In this document: piece after piece, positions 1-11,957 of the stretch
How positions within the stretch are numbered: position 1 is the first letter of the stretch
Layout: each line of letters begins with the position of its first letter
DNA from: Lama glama
Taxonomy: Eukaryota
Direction of reading: 5' to 3'
NCBI GenBank assembly: GCA_028534125.1
Contig: CM052816.1
Location: 80,726,001 to 80,790,000 of the forward strand
DNA length: 64,000 nt
Made by a program: the position numbers and the translations under genes
Notes under the pieces: model-generated
The model's database searches: none
What the model saw: only the letters and a program-made list of their open reading frames with translations
What the model was told of the DNA's origin: nothing

Positions 1-339
1 AGTGGGGAGGTCAGCAATTCCTGACCAGAGGGCAGATAACACTAAAATTGTGAATACCTCAAATTTCTCTGTGCTCCCCTGATAAGTTATTTTGGAACAA
101 CATGTCTTTAAGAAGTTGGAATCTCACTGGGGAGATAAAATTGGTAAGTGACTAACCACGAGAGAAGTCCTCAGTGTGAATCAAGAATCCTTAGAGGAAA
201 TTAAAAAAAAAAAAAAGAATCCTTAGAGGAAAAGTAAAAAAATATAGAATATAAAACGACTAAATAATAATAAAACATTTCACTGACACATGCCAGATAT
301 AATGCAAGTACTGTCACATCCTACAAAATAATTATTTCA

Positions 340-515
340 ATAATAATAATATTTGCTATATGCCAGGATGTACCAAGTGCTTTAGGCAACTTCATCACAG
401 TTCAAGGTAGGTGCTAGTACCATCTCTAATTTTAGGTGAGGAAACTGAGAATCAGATGGAGTAAACAACCTGCCCAAGGTTCTATTGCTGATGAGGGGCA
501 TAGCTGGGATTCTGA
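340..515 (-). mobile_element. MIR SINE
   Basis: Reverse-complement MIR core, 'tttaggtgaggaaactgagaatcagatggagtaaacaacctgcccaaggt'. Confidence 0.75.
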
Positions 516-1543
516 TTATCAAAATTATATTTTCCTTCTCTTCTATGTGATTATTCTATGGACAAATGACTATAGGAGTTTGAACTGGGATGATAATCAT
601 AGAAAACCTCAAAGAAGAGGCCAAATGAGATGGCCTTGAAGTACCAGTTGGAATTTGAATGGTGGAAATAGTAGAGAGAGAAGGCACCTGGCATTGTAGG
701 TAAAAGATTCAACGACAACGGCCCTATGAGCATGGTTTTCTCTTTTATCTTGGGCGCATCTCCCCAGCGCCCCCTGCCTGTTTGCACATCTCATACAGGT
801 GTGTGAGCTGTTGTGTGATGTTCTGACATGGCTGTTTTGTTAAGGCCATTCTGCTATGACTAGGTAATGGAGTCCCCTTCTAAAGGTGAGTGGGTCTTTG
901 AGAACGCCATCTGTGGAAGGGATCACTCTTTTGACAGGACACTGATTCTCCTGATTTTTGAGAGGCAGCTCTGAGGCAGGGAGACAGCACCTGCTTCTTT
1001 TAAGTCTGCCTCATTGTGAGTCTGGACTTTGATATGGATTTGAGGGCCTTACCGAGCGGTGGGGAAAAATTTTTGCTTTTATCTAGAGTCAGAGGGGGCA
1101 CACCAAGAGACACTCCCATGGGAGATATTTAGGAAAATAGGGCTGGAGATATTCTGGAAGATAGATTACCTTGCTTCATATTACTCTATTTTCCTTTAGT
1201 GCTCTGAGAACCTTCAGCAAAGGTTTTATTTGAATGCTTGAACTTGATCTTGGCTATGCTATGCCATTTGAGTCAAAAAACAGTAATGCCCCCTGAGGTC
1301 AGAGTGATGGGGGTAGCAGTAATTCACTCTCTCTCCCCACCTCCCTTCTCTCTCTCTCTCTCATTTCCACTCTTACTTTCTTGCTCTCCATGTACTGCTA
1401 AATTATTTTGGGGTGCAGACTATGTGCCAAGTCCTTAAGTTAAGGACTTAATGCATGCTGTCTCAATGCTCATGCCCATCCTTGAAGTAAGTACCTTTAT
1501 TCCTCCGGTTGACGGTTGAGGGTTACAGAACTGGTAAGTGGTA

Positions 1544-2000
1544 GTTTCAGTTACCTGTTGCCGCAGTAATATTACATAATAAACAACCATGAAACCTCAG
1601 TGACATACAGTGGTAAACACCTGTTTGCACATGAGTCTGTGGGGTAAAGCTAATCTAATCTGGACCTGGCTTATTCTAGCTGGTCTCACTCTTGTGGCCG
1701 GCTCTGGGTTGGCTGTGGCTCTGTACTCTTGGCTAGGCTTGCTCACATGTCTGGGGTTTAGCTGGTTATTGGCTGATTGAGGATGACCTCTCCTGGGATG
1801 ACTGGCAGTTTTCTTTGTTCCACTTCTTGTTCATCCTACAGCATGCTAGCCTAGGCATGTTCATCTCACGGCATGGCAGAGGGCAGGAGCAACAAGCAGA
1901 AGCATGTAAGTGGTCTTGAAATCTCTACATATGTCATGTCTACTAACATCATACTGGGCAAAGCAAGTCACATGACCAGAGTTGTAGGGCCTGGACAGGT
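1544..2000 (-). mobile_element. MLT1-type (ERVL-MaLR) solo LTR
   Basis: Contains 'taataaacaaccatgaaacctcagtg', 'ggcttgctcacatgtctgg' and 'ggcaaagcaagtcacatg', which are typical MLT1 reverse-strand motifs. Confidence 0.65.
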
Positions 2001-3154
2001 GCAAAATCAGGGCCATTAATGCACTCAACCTGCCATAGGGGTAGAGCTTATGCCCCTTTCTCACTTATCTATCTCCCACTAATTTGTAAGATATTATCTA
2101 ATAATTGCCTAATTATTCTTTACCTGCTTTCCTTAAGTAGAAGATGAATCCCAAACTAGAAGATTTGGGGCTGATGGGTCTGGCCACCTCTCTTTGTGAA
2201 GATAACCCCTGCATTGACAATTTCAGAGAGGGCGTTTGCTTCCTTACAATGTGTATATTCACATTCTGGAAATATGATGACCCATCAGATCCCACGCTGA
2301 AAAATTTTCCACAGTCCAGTGGTTCCCAAGATTCCAGAGGATGAAGACTTCTCTCCAAAAACAAAGCACTCACAGAGACTTACATGATAATAGCTGTATC
2401 AGATTGAGGAAACATATAGCAGAGAGTTATTCTAAGTTCAGTCCACATGTTTAGGCTAATGTATATTTTATTAATACCCACAATGTCCCGATCTATATAC
2501 ATTTTGAAAATAGTGATACTTGCATGTGTTAGATATTATTTATGTATTTTACAGTTAGTACAGTTGGTGAATATGAATTCTCTGATTCTTTGCAGTAACT
2601 CTGAAGCTTCCCTCCCAAGTAAAGGCACACACACAAACACATGCCTATCTCCTTCCTAGCCTTAGTGACTATTTTTTTTTTATTACGTATTTTATAAAAT
2701 CTCTCGTAGTAAATGTAGGGCTGAAGATACAATGCGGAGGCTATCAGAGCTATGACAGTCTTGTACAAGGTACAGAGGTGGTAGCAACCTCCTTGCTTTC
2801 TACAAAGACTCTTTAGTGTGCATAAGAGGAAGACCTTAACTCTTCAGTTAGGGATTTGAAAATTTCCCAGATTGGGCCTAGACTTCCCTTTCTCAGTTTC
2901 TCTTTCACAATTTCATTTACAAAATAGTCTCCTTGTCTGAGAAAACACACATTTTTCTCATTTCTGCTTTTTGCTTGATATAAAATACCCTCCTTGTGTT
3001 GGGCAACTACCTGTCCCTCAGACCAGGCTCATTCCCTCCCTGAGGTCTTAATCGTGGTTCTCAGCCTGTCTTTTATGTTTTGGTTCCATTCAACTTTTTC
3101 TCCCTCTGATATCTTACATTATCATCTAGAAGTGATTTTAATTAATTAATTTGT

Positions 3155-3300
3155 GTTTATTTATTTTTATTTTTGGTGGGGGGAGGTAATTAGGTTTTAT
3201 TTATTTATTGGTTTTTAGAAGAGGTACTGGGGGTTGAAATTAGAACCTCGTGCATGCTAAGCATGCGCTCTACCAGTTGAGCTATACCTCCCCCCCACCA
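3155..3300 (-). mobile_element. Camelid tRNA-derived SINE (Vic-1-like)
   Basis: Minus strand reads ggggaggtatagctcaactggtagagcgcatgcttagcatgcacgaggttctaatttcaacccccagtacctc...aaacctaattacctcccc followed by an A-rich tail. This is a tRNA-like head with an A box and a degenerate B box. Confidence 0.85.
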
Positions 3301-3490
3301 TTTATTTATTTTTAAATTGAAGTATAATTGATTTACAATGTTGTATTAGTTTCTGGTATACAGCATAGTGATATATATATATATATATATCACTATTTTT
3401 CATTATAGGCCATTATAAGGTATTGAATATAGTTCTCTGTGCTTTACAGTAGGACCTTGTTGTTTATCTATTTTATATGTAGTAGTTTGG
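3301..3490 (-). mobile_element. L1 3' end fragment
   Basis: 'aattgaagtataattgatttacaatgttgtattagtttctggtatacagcatagtga...ctgtgctttacagtaggaccttgttg' is a typical laurasiatherian L1 3'UTR terminus. Confidence 0.8.
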
Positions 3491-3634
3491 TGAAATCACC
3501 TAGCCCAGTGGCTGACACATAGACTGGGCTCAATAAATGCTTATTTCTCCTTTCTACCTGTTTATTTGTACCTTGTATACAGGAAATGCACATTGGTTGA
3601 GCCATTTGAAACCCAAATATCTACCCTCTTTAGA

Positions 3635-4790
3635 CCAGCTGTCAGAAAACTGGATTATTTAATACCCCTAGTGTGCATAGAAACTCTTCAAGGAGTTGAA
3701 TGGGTAAACTCCACAATTGCTTTTTTCTAAAATTGACCAGTCTGAGATGAATGTTATTCTAGTTCTTTTTCCCCAACTTTCCTTTTAAAATCATCTTTCC
3801 ACCACTTAGAAAAAGAAAGGCACACCTTCCACCATTTCCAAACTTTACTATATACTGTGTTACCTGGGGAGAGGGTATCTCATAAAAGACAAAAATCAGA
3901 AATTAGAAAAAATAAAGTATGCTGGCAGAGGAGAGCATTTTTGTAAAGGAAATTGTGAAAGGGAAATCTAGAGAGGGAAGCTTAGGCCCCATCTGGAAGG
4001 TTTTCAAATCCCTGGCTGAAGAGTCAGGTCTTTCTCCTATAAGTACTGAAGAGCTTCTGTAGAAAGCAGGAAGGTCCCTGCTGCCTCTGCATCTCGCAAA
4101 AGACCGTCATAGCTCTGATGGTCTTCCTACTGCAACTTCAGCCCTACGTTTCCTATGAGTTATTTTGTAAAATATGTAACATATAATATATACATATTAT
4201 ATGTAATCTGTATATATATTATTATATGTGTCCAGTAAAATTGTAGTTTTTATGTTAAATCATTATTTACCAAACTTTGTAGTATGTTTAGAACAGTTCT
4301 GTACTACTAAAAATTTTAATGGCTAACTCAATCTAGAAGAAATTATAAACATAAGAGAATTATGGATACAGGAAATGGAAAGCAAATACATATTTCAAAT
4401 AACATACATGTTTTTGTTTGAGAAAAGTATGATAAGGTGATCAACAAAGCATAGCAATTTAGTTCATTTGGATGAATTCTATGGGGACATTCCCTTTGAT
4501 AACAAAAAAAGTGACAATGTAAACACATGTTAAGAAAGTGTTCATTTACTGTTCAAATGGATGGGTATCAAATCACTGTAGCATTTAGATTTCATTGGAA
4601 AAATTTACAAAGAGATGCAATAGTTTTATTTTTAAATGTTATTATTTACAGTACACTGAAAATATCACCCATTGCAATTATTTAAATTTATGATGAAAAA
4701 ATTTAAAGGACAATTAAAAAATGTGTAAAAGGGGTATATAGCTTTCAGCCTTTTGGGGAGTAAGTAATCCAAAAAGTTTGAAGATCACTA
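3635..4790. mobile_element. Degraded hAT (Charlie/MER-type) DNA transposon relic, interrupted
   Basis: AT-rich body ending in a hAT-like terminus 'aaaagtttgaagatcact'. Family assignment is uncertain. Confidence 0.4.
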
Positions 4791-4869
4791 TTATAGGGAA
4801 CGTGCAAAATGGAGTTTGGCTAAGGCTGGTGCTTTGCTTACAGTAAACAACTAAGAGTAAGTTGGGAGG

Positions 4870-5340
4870 AACCAGGATCGGCGAAGGGGAAATTAGTAGC
4901 ACATATACATGCAGTACAGCGGATGTACCATAGAGGGGCGCTGGAAGACTGAGCCAGAGAGACCTCTGCCGGGCTCCTCGGACCGGAAGTGGCTTTTGTC
5001 ACAAGCGCGAAGGCGGGGGAGGGGGGTGGAGAAAATGGCGACCGCTGTCGAGAAGGTTCAGCCTCGCAGATTTGGCCACATTAGCGGCAGCGAGTTGGTT
5101 TAGGGCAACAGCTGTTGTCAGGACAGGTTTCCAGAGCGACCGGACGTGAAGCAGTTCCAGCCAAGCCCGGTTGGTGAGCCGGAGTCAGTGCTGGTGGAAA
5201 GGAGTGCTGAGGATTCCGTTTCGGAGACGCTGAAAGGCTGAACCTGATCACTAAACGGTTCAGCTTTCGCGGAGCAGTCTGTGCGTCTCACACACGCAGA
5301 AGTGAAAACACCTCATAATTTCACACACCAGTTAGGTAAA
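4870..5340 (+). promoter_or_regulatory. Small CpG-rich promoter and probable first exon
   Basis: Local CpG cluster in otherwise CpG-depleted DNA. ETS site CCGGAAGT at 4983-4990, GC box at ~5011-5020, YY1 site AAAATGGCG at 5032-5040. Candidate donors TTG|GTGAGC (5173/5174) and TAG|GTAAAG (5335/5336). Confidence 0.75.
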
Positions 5341-7299
5341 GGTACAAAGTGTTGGTTGCCATGAATGATGGGTTTACCAACTGAAGAAACCCAGGGTTTC
5401 TTGGCGATTCTAATGGTATCTGTGTTAACACAAATTTACTTTCCAAAGCCAATCAATATATTTGGTTAATTTAACCTTTTTACTTTGTAAAAAGAGTACT
5501 TGTATTTCAGAGTTCTCTGGTCTGCTGGGAAAGTGAAGGCAGTTTTCCATGAAAGTAGTGATCTAGAATACCAGAAAGAATTTCTCTGCGAGATGGTACT
5601 GCAGAGACAATTTCTCGTGTTAGGATTCAGGTGTTCAGCTGCAACTTGTTTATTGTATTTGAAACAAATCTAACTAGTTAAATGTAAGTCTAAAAACATC
5701 TCCAAGACAAAAATAACTGTTTAGATTATCATTTCACATTATCCAAATTCTGATTTCTAATCTGTTTTCTCTCTTTCCTTTAGTAGCACAAGTGATTTAT
5801 ATAATTATATTTTTATTTTGTAAATACTACAAGTTTCCCAGCAGCTACTGTTGCCTATCGAGGAAAATCTAACTTTTTAGTCTGACATTCAATGGCTTCC
5901 ATAATTTGCTTCATCTGTATTTTGTATTTTACTTTCCATCTCCTCCCTGTGTGGTATAGCAGCCTAAGCTGGCTGTTCACTACCCTCTGACTATGACATC
6001 ATGGTACAGTAGGTGCCAGATTAAGATACAAACAAAGGATAGTAGGAGATCACTTTTGATAGGGCAATCAAGGAAGATTTCATAAAAGATACGACATTTG
6101 AACTGCTCCTTGATATATTGGATTTTCAAGGCATGGGTTTAGAATGAAATACTGAGCTGTTGGTGAGGGACTAGGGATGACTTAGATGTCTAGGACATTT
6201 ACTCCAATAAAAGATATGGGAAGCCAGACCCTATTTGCATTGGTCTTTTCTTATTACATACTGCACACATGTGATAAAAATGCCTACATTAGGTTTGTGC
6301 TTAGGTCTTTGTCCACACATGGAGTTGTGAAATAGGAAATTCCTGAAGTTTGATGCATTGGAGGTAGAATTTAGTATAGGACAGTTTAGTGTCCTATTTG
6401 TGATGGTTTATTATTATTATAGTCATAGAACAACTCCATTCTTGTATTTCACCTACAGCACTTTAATATGTCTCAGGAATATCCCTGGACAAAACAGTGA
6501 TTCAAGTTTTTGTTGTCAGTCTGGGATTAAAAAGAAAAAAAGGTGATGCTGACGAGGAATCTGAGAGTGCAGATTCTAGATCTGTCAGGGCATCTGAGTA
6601 GCTGAATGCTAATAAAAACAAAACTGTAACTTTTTCCAATATTAGTTTTCCCACCTGTGAATATATGTAGTAATAACTTCCTCCCCTATTTGTGAGAGTA
6701 CAGTGAAGATTAAATCTGTTAATATATGTGAAAATATTTCTAGAGAATTAAAAATCCCTAAAATGCAAAGGATCAAATTCCAGGTTCCTTATTCCTTTTG
6801 AGGATACAGTTAGGTAACCTGAATGATAACTAACCATTCAAATGTGTTAGATGATATAGGTAAAGTCCATGAGGGCTGGGACTTTGTTTTGTATTATATT
6901 TCCAGACAGCGACCATCACATTGTAGGTACTCACTATAGATTTATAAAACGAAGGAATGAATGAGTGACGGAGGCATTTAGGGGCCTTCCTCTGGCTGGC
7001 TGACCTGTTTGCCGAAGCTCTGTATCTAGGAGGCTGGCTGAGTAGAGCCTGTGAACTGTGTGTTTACCTAAGGATACCTTGATTCCAGCTGGCTTTTCTC
7101 CCTGACTGTTTTGATGATAGAAATAGCTAACATTGCTTGAAGACCAAATATATGCTAGGAGCTGTGAGCTAGGAGCTTACGTAAACTATCAGTAATCCTC
7201 CCAATCCTGGAAAGGTGTGTATTTTTATTTTAAACACCAGAAACTTATGCTCAGAGTGGCTGAGTAAGTTACTTAATATCTTACAGCTAACATATCAAC

Positions 7300-7650
7300 C
7301 TATAGTATAGGCTACATTATGCTGTGATAATAAACAGCTTTTATATCTCAGTGACTTAAAATACAAGGGTTTATTTTTTGCTTGTCTCACATGTACATAC
7401 TGAGTCAGCAGAAGGGCGCTGCTCCTTGTTCTTAGGGATTCAGGCCACAGAGAAGCAACCATCACAAGAGAAAAGACATTTCTGCAGTGTCACACCAGTA
7501 GTGAGTGCCATACATCCCTTTTTCTCAAAATACATTGATCAGGATTAGTCACATGACTCTAGCTAACTACAGGCAAGCTAGGAAATATAGCCCTATCATG
7601 TGCCTGGAAGACAGGGTGAGACATTTTGGGAGAGGTGCAAATAACTACCA
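7300..7650 (-). mobile_element. Old MLT1-type LTR
   Basis: 'tatgctgtgataataaac...tctcagtgacttaaaatacaagggtttatt...attagtcacatgactc...caggcaagctaggaaatatag'. Confidence 0.6.
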
Positions 7651-8026
7651 GAGCTAGTAAGTGGAAGACTTGGTTTGTGAATTCAAAAACTATCTGACTC
7701 CCAAATAGGTTTATGTTGCAAAAGCACATTGCTTTACTCAACTTACCTGGAGTTTTGGGAATGGGGAGTAGGTGTATTATTCGACTTTCTGCTGCTTTTC
7801 AGTGAGAGTTGTCTTTCTGAGGCAACCTAGGCTAAATCTTCCCAGGCTGAGAATAACTCTTCCTTCTCAGTTGTCCCACCAGCAGACACGGCCCCTTTGG
7901 CCTATGGTAGATGAGGCCTTGAAGTCAGACTCTGGCAGGACAGGCACCATCCCCATCCGTGCTATCTTCTGCTTGCTGTGTCTATAGCAGAGATAGTGTT
8001 ACTGACAACAGTGTCTGCTATTCCAG

Positions 8027-8193
8027 GCCCAGAGCTGCTGAAGTGACTTCCAGTCCTGGAGCTGCTGGAGTGACCTAGTGATTGGCTACGTGTACCCTGA
8101 ACTGCAGAAGATGTATACTGGGCCAGAAGCAGGCCTTCTTCCTGCGGACTTGGAAGGAGCTGATGACAAAGGCCTGCCAGCAGTGCTGAGACT
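8027..8193 (+). other. Candidate internal exon (167 nt)
   Basis: Branch-like TACTGAC at ~8000-8006, acceptor ttccag| at 8026, donor ACT|GTAAGT at 8193/8194. Non-repetitive and GC-richer than its flanks. All three frames hit stops from the acceptor. Confidence 0.4.
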
Positions 8194-8269
8194 GTAAGTT
8201 AAGATCATTCACATTTCCATCTTTGTAGGCAGCCTGTGATGTTAGTTTGAACACTGCCCAGCTGAAAGC

Positions 8270-8385
8270 CCTGAATTGAAATTCGGGAGCTTTGAAATCA
8301 GCCCTGGCTCTGTCATCACTAGCTATGCGACCTTGGGCAAGTAATTTAATCTCTCAGAAGTCTGAGTTTTCTCATCTGGAAGAAG
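8270..8385 (+). mobile_element. MIR SINE fragment
   Basis: 'ctggctctgtcatcactagctatgcgaccttgggcaagtaatttaatctctc...ttttctcatctg'. Confidence 0.75.
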
Positions 8386-9779
8386 AATTCCAGTTCCAAC
8401 CTTCTGATTTTTAAGGTGAAAACTGCCAATCTGCACATTGTGTGAATGGCTAATATCTGAATAGCACTTAGTGTTTTATGGAGCTTTTCTTCAGCTGCCC
8501 TGCTGTGCAGACATGATTAATATGATTTTCTCAGGGAAGAAACAGTCTTGTAGGAAGGTGAATTGCCCAAGGTCTCACAGTTAATAAATAGCAGGAGTAG
8601 GACTTGAACATAAATCTTCTGTTTCCAAATTTGGTATTTTTTTCTCCTGGCCTGAGTCAGTGACTGGGTAGTCCATAGGGTGTGAAAAAGGACACACAAG
8701 TAAAGAAAGTGGGTGGCAAAGAGAAAACAGCAGAGGATTTAAATCCTTGAAGACTAACTTTGAATCCAAGCTCTGCCAGTTACTGGTTTAGAGTCCTAGA
8801 AAAGCCACTTCATTTTTCTTTTCCTTTTTTCAGTTTGGCAAAAGTAGGCAGGGGTGATAGCCACTTGGTACACACTGGTACAGCCATACTGCTTATTAAA
8901 ATAGTGAAATCCTTCTGTGCTATTTGATGAGTAGCCACTCCATCTGATCCCCTCCTTTAAAATGCCTCCCCCCGTCATCCTGTGATACAGCAACAAAGGA
9001 GTTCATGTGGGGCTCAACCAGGGTCATTAAGGATTTACTCCATTTTAGGAGGCTATGGTGGGTTGCAAACCACATTGGTTGTTAAATGTTTTTAATATCA
9101 ACAATGATTAGGGATAATAATGATAACATTCTTCCCAACTTCAATGGGCTACTGTTGAAGATCAGATAATATAAAACAATGAAGATGACAGGTCAGGTAT
9201 AAACCTCAAAAGCAATGTTTTTTAAAATGTCATAGCAATGACCTCTAAGAAAAAAAGTTCTATTGTACATAGGATTTTACCTTGCATGAAACTTGCTGCT
9301 TATTAGTCTATGCAAGACTCTGAGATAGTAAAGGAACTTATTTTACATTTTTAACTTTGAATATTTTAAAATATTGAGAATAGAACTCATTTCTTCCACC
9401 ATACCATACATACCACATCCTCTACTAATTTTGTGAACCTTGGTTTTTGACCCTTAGCTTATTGTTTTATGTGTCTTTACTTATTCCCGTGTAGTACATC
9501 TTTCTGTGCAGTGGCTCACGTGGTTCCTACCCTAGATGCTGCTTTAGTCCAGAGTTAAAGGCATTCAAATCCCTATGACAGATTTGTCACAGAGCCAGGG
9601 GTCTCTGGACTCCAGCTATCCCAGAATAACAAGAATAAGGAAAATGATGGCATCATCAAAACAACAAAGGCAAGAAATATTTATTGAGTGCTTTTTACAC
9701 GTTGAGGACCCTGCTGAGCGCTGTACATGAGCTACTGATCGTGGTGCTTGACTCCATCCATTTTACCCAACATGATTAG

Positions 9780-9968
9780 CCAGGTTCAACAAGCCATAGC
9801 CTGCAAGCCAGCCAGCTCCAGGCCTGTTTTTGGAAGACCCATGAGCTCAGAATATTTTTTACATATTTATAGGATTGAAAGAAGAATATGCGGCAGAGAT
9901 TGTATGTGTCCCATAAAGCCTAAAATTGTCATTATTTTTTCTTTTACAGAATAGTACCCAAACCACTT
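9780..9968 (+). mobile_element. MER58-type (MER58C-like) hAT non-autonomous element
   Basis: 'gcctgtttttgg...gagctcagaatattttttaca...aagaatatgcggcagagattgtatgtgtcccataaagcctaaaat...tttacagaa'. Confidence 0.7.
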
Positions 9969-10949
9969 TGCTTACAATTAGTTGGATTAGGGTTAGACAT
10001 TCAGTCCCTTTAAACAACAAATAGTTATTGAGTCCTAACCACTATTTTGGATGTTAGAGATACATCAGTAAGCAAAACAGACAAAAATTCCTGCCCTTGT
10101 GTATCTTTACTCTGGATCTAGTTAATGAAATGTTAACTGTTGCTGTTTCATAAAACTTCCTCACATTTAAGTAGGTGATAGTGAAAAAGATACTCATTTC
10201 TGCCTGTAGATGTTTCTTTCTTTAAATATGATACTTATAACTTATGATCATGAGAGGAGCCAGCTCAAGATAGAGTTAACACATCAAAGGAGACAGAAGA
10301 GAAAGTTAGAAAGAAATTAATTAAGTTGCTGAGTCAATCAACCTTGAAATCTACCATGCCAAAGACCTCCTAATATAGTCTATAATAAGTTTTATGGCAT
10401 ACTTATACACATATGTTACCCAGTTTAATCCTTATAACAACCCTTATTACTCTCATTTTTCAGAAAAGGAATGTAAAGATTGGAGAAATTAATTTCATAG
10501 TCTGCACAGTTAGTGGAAGAGCCACGAAGGGAACCCAGGTCTCCCTGGATCTCTCATCTCTCTCCTGTTTCTCCCTCTTGTGGAATTTCTAAACAGTGGG
10601 AATTGTTAGAGAGAAAGACAGGAAGTCAGTATGAGAACAGTTTTTATATCCTGAGCCTGTGTTTAGGCTGTATTACTGAGCTTCATCCTTTTTCTGAGAC
10701 CCAGAACAATGTTTCATGACTCCCATCCCACCATGAGAAGGCAGTATTTTTCTGTTTTTTAAGGAGTCATTACACTCAAACAGTTGTATTAACATATATA
10801 AGGAACCAAGCACTGAAATCTCCCACGGAGGGGCAGATCTTGTCCATTGCTGTAATAGACTCCCAGCTAGTCAATGCTCAGTCCTCTCTGGCCTTCCATT
10901 CCAATCTCCACCCTGTAACTGGATAATAGAGACAAATTTTCAGTATTGC

Positions 10950-11375
10950 TACAAAGCCTGTTCAGCTTCACCTTTCCTCAAGCACCCTCCTGCTTTCTCC
11001 ATCCTGGCCACACTGGACTTCATTAGCCATTAGCTTATGCCAGGAATGATCTTTCTTTCCTTCTATGCCCAGTAAACACCTACTTGTTTGAGGGTATTTA
11101 TTCAAGTTTTCCTTCTGCATGAAAGCCTTTTCTGATATCCCTGACTGGTTTGACCCCTATTGTTTGTCCTCATCAGACCATGCACCTCTCCTTCAAAGCA
11201 CATGGCACAATCATAGTTTTCCACTAGTTTGTGTGATTATCTGTTTAATTTATCTACCATACTATATTTTATGCTGTAGGAGAGCAGTGGCTACATTGGT
11301 CACTATTGTAAACCCAGTACCTGGCACACTACCGGTGCTCAATGAATATTTGTGGAATGAATGTATAAATGTATG
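10950..11375 (+). mobile_element. L2 LINE 3' portion
   Basis: Ends in the L2 terminus 'cagtacctggcacac...gtgctcaatgaatatttgtggaatgaatg'. Confidence 0.7.
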
Positions 11376-11434
11376 CATGAAATGGCATCTTATATTTATT
11401 CAGTGACCCAAAGCATCATGGAAACTTTATCAAG

Positions 11435-11957
11435 TTGTGTCAGTCTGAATCCCTGTAGCAAATACATTAGCATCTCAAATGGAGCAATTGAGGAACTATT
11501 TACACGAGTGTAAATAATTTTAAGGGAAAGTAACAAGGGCTAATGAAGCATCCTTGGGGCTAGCAACAATGGAGAGAGGTTAGTACCCCTAAAACTGAAT
11601 GGGAAATGAAGGGAGCAGTTTTGCCTCTAAGAGAATAGCTGTGGTTCTAGAAGAGAGCCACAGGATAGGAGCTGTGTCCACTATAGACAAACCCAGCCAA
11701 ACCTGAAGGAACACTCCAGTGTCCAGTGATACCAGAATTACAAAAACAAGAAAAACATCATTATCACCAATACTCTCTTCCCTCCTGTGACCTCCATCCA
11801 GTGCCTCTCATGCCATTTACCTAGTTAGGTAAACCCAACTGAGAGCTAGAGGGCAGGGGACTAAATGATGTGGTCTGTAGAGGCTGCTTTCCAGGGCACA
11901 ATGCTGAGTGGAAAATGGAGCAAATGAATCTGGCAGGACAAATAAAAAATATTCAGT
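11435..11957 (-). mobile_element. ERVL-type LTR (LTR33-like)
   Basis: 'ggggctagcaac...gagctagagggcaggggac...ccagggcaca...aatctggcaggacaaataaaaaatattcag' resembles the LTR33 reverse strand. Confidence 0.5.

Noticed and set aside
3200..3296. Possible tRNA gene
   Set aside because: It has a SINE body and A-rich tail and a degenerate B box, so it is a tRNA-derived SINE.
8095..8190. Faint resemblance of QKMYTGP / FFLRTWKELM to WAVE-family peptides, suggesting an FTX-like decayed gene
   Set aside because: It needs a frameshift, the match is very short, and I saw no miR-374/421-type sequence or other support.
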